61,212 bases of DNA from a virus (Duplodnaviria; Caudoviricetes). Where the stretch lies: positions 1 through 61,212 of the IMG/VR virus record IMGVR_UViG_3300030060_003743; one strand, written 5' to 3'. The translations under genes were made by a program, and so were the position numbers. How positions within the stretch are numbered: the first letter of the stretch is position 1; each line of letters opens with the position of its first letter. Below are positions 56,621-61,212 of the stretch, piece after piece. The notes beneath the pieces are model-generated. The model was not told where the DNA came from. It did not search any database and worked only from the letters and a program-made list of their open reading frames with translations.

Positions 56621-56718
56621 TATAAAAACCCCCATACAATTGTTGCTAGTATAACTAAAAATATTGCTTTTGGAAAAAACAATAAAAGTGCTAACAGTAT
56701 TAATAATTCTTTAATCAA
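56620..56718 (-). CDS. 32-aa hydrophobic peptide (TTG start, not in ORF track)
   Basis: MIKELLILLALLLFFPKAIFLVILATIVWGFL; overlaps the upstream stop and the downstream ATG. Confidence 0.6.
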   Translation of the reverse strand: MIKELLILLALLLFFPKAIFLVILATIVWGFL

Positions 56719-57010
56719 AAGGTATGTCTTGATAGTCTTCTGGTTCTCTACAGCGTTTTTCACTTTTGGCCAGTACATGACAAGTTTCTAAGTTAAGAAC
56801 CGGAGTGTAGACACACATGTCTTTAAAAGATTCTCCTTCGGCTTTACCAATTTTAGTGAGAGTTAAAGTGCCTAAAGAAATATTCTTTAGCTTATCGTAA
56901 TTAACATCTAACTTGTCAGGATCCCACTCCATTTTAGCCAGACGTTTATCTATCTCTTCGACCATAGCTCTAAAATATTTTGACTGGCTTTTAAATTTAT
57001 ATGATTGCAT
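56711..57010 (-). CDS. Hypothetical protein
   Basis: SD GGAG; ends DIPFD. Confidence 0.6.
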   Translation of the reverse strand: MQSYKFKSQSKYFRAMVEEIDKRLAKMEWDPDKLDVNYDKLKNISLGTLTLTKIGKAEGESFKDMCVYTPVLNLETCHVLAKSEKRCREPEDYQDIPFD

Positions 57011-57227
57011 CTTTGCTCCTAGTGTTGACCAAATCTTCTATATCCATACCTTTTTCTTTGTTTGTTTCAAAACGTACAAAATCAGATTGGTTTTTATTCA
57101 ACTCTTCATGTTTGTGCATGTAAGTAATTAACCACTCTAATGCCATTTCTAGATGAAGGTTTGGCTCGTCACCCGTTCTAGCAGATCTTTTTTTTCCAAT
57201 CCAGTAAGACCAAGATAATTTCATCAC
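56997..57227 (-). CDS. Hypothetical protein
   Basis: SD GGAGG; in operon. Confidence 0.55.
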   Translation of the reverse strand: MMKLSWSYWIGKKRSARTGDEPNLHLEMALEWLITYMHKHEELNKNQSDFVRFETNKEKGMDIEDLVNTRSKDAII

Positions 57228-57454
57228 TTATCCTCCTCTCCTTCTAAAGATATGTCGCTTTTTACATAAACCCTAGACCACCACCAATTACTTGGTTGAT
57301 CGTCATGTTCTACCACGTATATTCTCTCAGGGCAATCGTCTATCCAGGTTTGAAAAGCTTCTCTTCTATTCTCACGTTCTTCTAGCTCTTGTTGTTCCTG
57401 TTCCTCTTGTTGTTCCTGTTCCTCTAGTTGTATCTGATATTCTGCTTCTGTCAT
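57224..57454 (-). CDS. Acidic hypothetical protein
   Basis: EEQEQQ repeats; SD GGAG. Confidence 0.55.
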   Translation of the reverse strand: MTEAEYQIQLEEQEQQEEQEQQELEERENRREAFQTWIDDCPERIYVVEHDDQPSNWWWSRVYVKSDISLEGEEDK

Positions 57455-58173
57455 ATGATTAGTTCACTCCTAAGTTTAGTAATTCCTACTTCACTTTTAG
57501 TAGGAACTTTTTTTGGATCTGGGTTTTTTAAACCATTTTCAAAAATATGCACCACCATTTTCATAACCTCTGGTGGTAAATTTCTTTTTGCTAAGTTTGC
57601 ACCGTAAGTGCAAAACACAATGTTACTTCTCTTTCTGCCTTTAGTTTTAGTGTAACCAGCCTGTGGCACCAATTGATCAGTGGATATGTTGCCGAGCGGT
57701 CTCTGCACACCCATGTCATAATTCCAACGAATCCAAGTAAACGGCTCTCCTGTGTATGGACAAAAGTAACCAAATTCTTTTTTTTGTTTTACCCATAAAT
57801 TCCAAAAAGATATAAATGTAGGATGTTCATGTATAAATCCATGTTTCTTTGCATTATTAACAGTGCCTCGCCACAACTCATGTAGGTACAACTGTTCGTC
57901 ACCTTTCTCTTTTAGAGCTATTCTGTTCTCTCTGTACTGCTCATCCATCTTCTTTTGTTTAGCTGATTGTCGATAGGCTTTTCTAGCCGCCATGCCTTTT
58001 GAACTAGACCTATATTTTCTTTGACTTTCTCGATAGCCTTCAGTTTGAGCATACCTCGCACTGCTGGCTTTGCCTTTAGCACTCTTATCATACTTTTTTT
58101 GAGTGGTTTTACGATTTGCTTTTTTTTGTTTTTTGTTTAATAAGTCTTTTTTCTTTGTATATTGATTTGCCAT
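57451..58173 (-). CDS. HNH/His-Me-like endonuclease, possibly degenerate
   Basis: Basic repeated N-terminus; CPYTG, ISTDQL.P..GY, NIVFC...N..K motifs. Confidence 0.55.
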   Translation of the reverse strand: MANQYTKKKDLLNKKQKKANRKTTQKKYDKSAKGKASSARYAQTEGYRESQRKYRSSSKGMAARKAYRQSAKQKKMDEQYRENRIALKEKGDEQLYLHELWRGTVNNAKKHGFIHEHPTFISFWNLWVKQKKEFGYFCPYTGEPFTWIRWNYDMGVQRPLGNISTDQLVPQAGYTKTKGRKRSNIVFCTYGANLAKRNLPPEVMKMVVHIFENGLKNPDPKKVPTKSEVGITKLRSELII

Positions 58174-58270
58174 TTTTACTCCCAATTAGTTAAAGAAAGC
58201 GAGCTGTTTCGAGTATCATCAAACTCATTTTTAGGAACAAACAACCCGCCCTCACTTAGCGTCAAATACA

Positions 58271-58299
58271 ATAATGAAGGACAAGCTATTATATGTCAA
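58271..58299 (-). promoter_or_regulatory. Sigma70-like promoter
   Basis: TTGACA-N17-CATTAT just after the polA stop. Confidence 0.6.
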
Positions 58300-58318
58300 G
58301 ATAAATCTCTAATTAATC

Positions 58319-60187
58319 TCATACTACCTCGCCGAAATCTTTTCCTAACGCTACGTCAACCACACTAGGCACCTTAAGTTCTATGCAGGTTTCCATAATT
58401 TTAGTAATTTTTTCGACTTGTTCTTGATTTACTATACTGAAACAAAGCTCATCATGGATTTGCAACATGGGTGTCATACCCTCTTTGTGGCAGTCAACGA
58501 CAGCTTGTTTGGTTTGATCAGCGGCACTACCTTGAATCAACCTATTTAACGCTTTATATGTAAAAGCACGTTTTATGTTGTTGGCACCGTATTTTGCAGA
58601 AGCGTTCTCAAATCGCTCCGCAGTGTGTATTCCAAAATCTTTGGGCTCCCACATATCAAAACGACATTTACGCCCTAATTTCGTCCTTATAACGCCTTCT
58701 GAGGCCGCTTTTTGCATACATTTATCAGACAAAAGCTTCACAAATGGCACTTTGTTGTTATATTGATTAATTAAATTAGTGGCTTCTTGAGAATCAAGTC
58801 CTAACATACCAGCCAACTTGTGTTTACCCATGCCATACATAAGACCTAAACCTATGGTTTTAGCTTGTTTACGCTCTATACCAACCAGGTCTGCGACTGT
58901 TTGATGAAAATCTGCGTCAGCGTTAGCGTAGGCTTCTACTAATTCCTCAGAACCAGTTAAACCTTCATCGACAGAAGCTGCATAGTGCACCACGAGCCGT
59001 GGTTCTTGTTGCGAATAGTCAAAGCTACCCCACTGGCAACCTTCTTCCGGTAAAAACAAACCTCTAATCAGTGGCCCAAACTCTTTGGATCTTGCTGGTA
59101 GTTGCTGTAAGTTTGGATTCGACATGGCCAGTCGACCACTAACTGTGCCGCCCTGATCATTTTTAATTTGTCTAATTTCTGAATGAATGCGTCCTTTATG
59201 TTCATATTTTAAAATAGAACTAATAAAGGTGTTATGAAATTTATTTACCTCTCTTGCCTGAACGATAAGTTTACTAATCTCATTAGGATTATTATTTAAC
59301 CAATTTTGTGTAAAGCTTGGTTCATCTGTTTTAGTTCTAGGGTACTCAATACCTAACTTATCAAAAGCAAATCCTATTTGTCTTGCAGCCCAAATATCAA
59401 CGTCCTGCCCAACTAACTTTTTAATTTTTCGCAATATCTCTTGTTCTTGTTTTTTAAAAGTAAACTGCATCTCAACTGTTTTATCCATGTCTACTCGAAT
59501 GCCAGTTTCTCTCATCTGCACTAAAATGGGTAACAGAGATTTTTCTAACTCCCAAATGGTTTCCAGACTTTGATTATATATTTCGCCTTTAAACCTCTGC
59601 CATAACAGAAGCGTGAGCCGTGCGTCTTGCTCTGCGTAGAAACCAACATGCTCTGCTGGTAACTTCCACATCTCACCTTTCGGGTCTACCCCGTGTTGCT
59701 GTGCAGCTTCTATTAAACCAGTCTCTGCTTTAAGTTCGCCAAGATAATCTTTCGACAACGAGTTTAAAGTGTAACTGTATCTATTTTCATCAATCAAAGC
59801 ACCGGCAACCATGGTGTCTACGATTTCGCCGTTAACATCAATATTCATCGACCGTAACCAGCCAACATCGTACTGAGCGTTATGAAATATTTTTGTCGCA
59901 GGCAAAGCACAAACATCCTTCATGTATTTAATGACCTGCTGCTTAATTAAATTACCACCACCAAAATGTGCAAAAGGAAAATACCCCTGCCACCCTTCAA
60001 CGGCTACCGCAAACCCAATGACATAACCACTTTTGGTTGCCCAACCTGCACCTTTACCATCTCTTAGTCCTTCGTCGCAAGTTTCTAAGTCAATCGCTAT
60101 CTCATCATAACCACTCAAATCTTTGTATTCGTTTGGCGCTGACCAAATGTGTTTTTTAAAGTTAAAAGTTAACTGCAGATTAGACAT
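58319..60187 (-). CDS. polA: DNA polymerase, family A (3'-5' exonuclease + polymerase)
   Basis: IDLET, FHNAQYD, YAEQD exonuclease motifs; GRL...NPNLQQ, DYSQQEPR, KTIGLGLMYG, IQGSAAD, QIHDEL. Confidence 0.96.
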   Translation of the reverse strand: MSNLQLTFNFKKHIWSAPNEYKDLSGYDEIAIDLETCDEGLRDGKGAGWATKSGYVIGFAVAVEGWQGYFPFAHFGGGNLIKQQVIKYMKDVCALPATKIFHNAQYDVGWLRSMNIDVNGEIVDTMVAGALIDENRYSYTLNSLSKDYLGELKAETGLIEAAQQHGVDPKGEMWKLPAEHVGFYAEQDARLTLLLWQRFKGEIYNQSLETIWELEKSLLPILVQMRETGIRVDMDKTVEMQFTFKKQEQEILRKIKKLVGQDVDIWAARQIGFAFDKLGIEYPRTKTDEPSFTQNWLNNNPNEISKLIVQAREVNKFHNTFISSILKYEHKGRIHSEIRQIKNDQGGTVSGRLAMSNPNLQQLPARSKEFGPLIRGLFLPEEGCQWGSFDYSQQEPRLVVHYAASVDEGLTGSEELVEAYANADADFHQTVADLVGIERKQAKTIGLGLMYGMGKHKLAGMLGLDSQEATNLINQYNNKVPFVKLLSDKCMQKAASEGVIRTKLGRKCRFDMWEPKDFGIHTAERFENASAKYGANNIKRAFTYKALNRLIQGSAADQTKQAVVDCHKEGMTPMLQIHDELCFSIVNQEQVEKITKIMETCIELKVPSVVDVALGKDFGEVV

Positions 60188-61212
60188 CCTTATTCTCCTG
60201 TATGTAAATTAAATAGTCTTTGCCAATTGGGTAATTATACTTATGGTCAGTTGATAATAAATGCAAAGAATCTTTAGCTCTGGTAACACCTGTGTAAATA
60301 ACTCTTTTTTCATCAGACTGCTCTTCAACATTTTTATGAGAAAAAGATGCTGGCCAGTTTGCTTTAGAATACAATAACACGTTGTCTGCCTCTCCCCCTT
60401 TAACAGAGTGTATAGTATCAATAATTATTTTTGGATCAGAGTCTAACGCTTTTTGTCCGTAACGTTGTAGCAAACGAACAAAGTACAACACCTGAGTAGG
60501 TGTAAAATTACGTTTTAAAATGTGCCACCATTCAAATTCTTTTTCAATTAATTTTAATTTTAAACCACACCACTCAACTAAATAATTAAAATCAATAACA
60601 ACATTGTCGGGTATGTTCATCCAAAATTTAGCTTGCCTGAAAGAAACATCTTCTAATTCTCTTATGTAGCGATACATGTTTTCAGCTTCACTTTTATCAA
60701 TACTTTTGTTTTTTTGCAGTTTAGTCCAACTCTTAATCGCTTTCCACTGTTTTTGATCAAAAGACTTATTGCCCTTATTGTCAGAAAAATACAAACCTGA
60801 AGTTTTAGCAAAGACCCGTAACTCATTAACAGTGGTGTTAACTCTACCTAGTACATACCAAGTTCCAGGCAAGTCTCCCACAGGCACTTCATTAAAATTT
60901 AAGTAACGTTTTACTGCGCCCTCTTTTTCTAAGTAATCATACTCTTTGTCCACACTGTCTATTATACCTCTTCTTATTATTTGTGAGAAATGATGAATGT
61001 CTTTTCCAAAACGTCTTGTTTTACGTAAGACAACTTTTCGTCCTGGAAAATACTCAGTGAAATATTTAGGATCAGCACCGTTCCAACGATAAATACCTTG
61101 ATCATCATCGCCAGCCAAATAAATTCTTTTTACATTGTCGGCCATCTTGTACACAACAGACCATTGTAAAGGTGTAAAGTCCTGAGCTTCATCTAGAATC
61201 AAGACTTCTAAC
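60180..61212 (-). CDS. UvrD/Rep-like helicase, C-terminal part
   Basis: ILDEAQD, AGDDDQGIY.WNGA, TIHSVKGGEAD, YTGVTRAK motifs. Confidence 0.92.
   Translation of the reverse strand, partial: LEVLILDEAQDFTPLQWSVVYKMADNVKRIYLAGDDDQGIYRWNGADPKYFTEYFPGRKVVLRKTRRFGKDIHHFSQIIRRGIIDSVDKEYDYLEKEGAVKRYLNFNEVPVGDLPGTWYVLGRVNTTVNELRVFAKTSGLYFSDNKGNKSFDQKQWKAIKSWTKLQKNKSIDKSEAENMYRYIRELEDVSFRQAKFWMNIPDNVVIDFNYLVEWCGLKLKLIEKEFEWWHILKRNFTPTQVLYFVRLLQRYGQKALDSDPKIIIDTIHSVKGGEADNVLLYSKANWPASFSHKNVEEQSDEKRVIYTGVTRAKDSLHLLSTDHKYNYPIGKDYLIYIQENKDV
61113..61212. repeat. Terminal overlap of a circular assembly (copy 2)
   Basis: Matches 1-100 except at one base. Confidence 0.95.

Noticed and set aside
58198-58250. 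Hammerhead ribozyme (UUGAUGA...GAAAC on minus strand)
   Set aside because: The core starts with U rather than C, only 5 nt separate the two core parts so no stem II forms, and stem I is weak. Kept only as a structured leader.
1-61212. tRNA genes, introns, inteins or stop-codon recoding
   Set aside because: No cloverleaf was seen in the intergenic gaps by eye. PolA, TerL and the helicases have normal uninterrupted lengths under the standard code. A tRNAscan-SE/Infernal run would be needed to exclude them fully.

Overview
The window looks like one complete, circularly assembled tailed dsDNA phage genome of about 61.1 kb. Bases 1-98 are identical to 61113-61210, and a UvrD-like helicase ORF runs across the junction. 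It is AT-rich and almost all genes are on the minus strand. Gene content: family A DNA polymerase (Leu762 type), UvrD and SNF2 helicases, primase, SSB, PD-(D/E)XK exonuclease, TerS/TerL, portal, GroES, scaffold, a MAISRSQLVKELEPGLNALFG-type capsid, podovirus-like tail and ejection proteins, two S74-chaperone tail fibres and an M15A endolysin. From memory this resembles marine HTVC023P/vSAG 37-F6-like podoviruses; no search was run. Accessory genes include a membrane fatty acid desaturase, two 2OG-Fe(II) oxygenases, two glycosyltransferases, a truncated UDP-glucose dehydrogenase and a PAPS-reductase-family protein. The most unusual signals are non-coding and lie around terL-terS (48.3-54.3 kb). 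(i) A promoter-driven plus-strand hairpin at 54249-54291 has a loop complementary to an AACAUUGGG/SD leader shared by four promoter-proximal genes, making it a candidate trans-acting phage sRNA. (ii) There are ten co-oriented RCGT-N8-TCGGGAAA sites, most closing ~70-bp TTTCCCG...TCGGGAAA units. (iii) There is a second ~60-bp dispersed repeat and an 11-bp-phased TTCCTAG array. No integrase, tRNA, CRISPR array or reverse transcriptase was recognised. All product calls are motif-based, made by eye.
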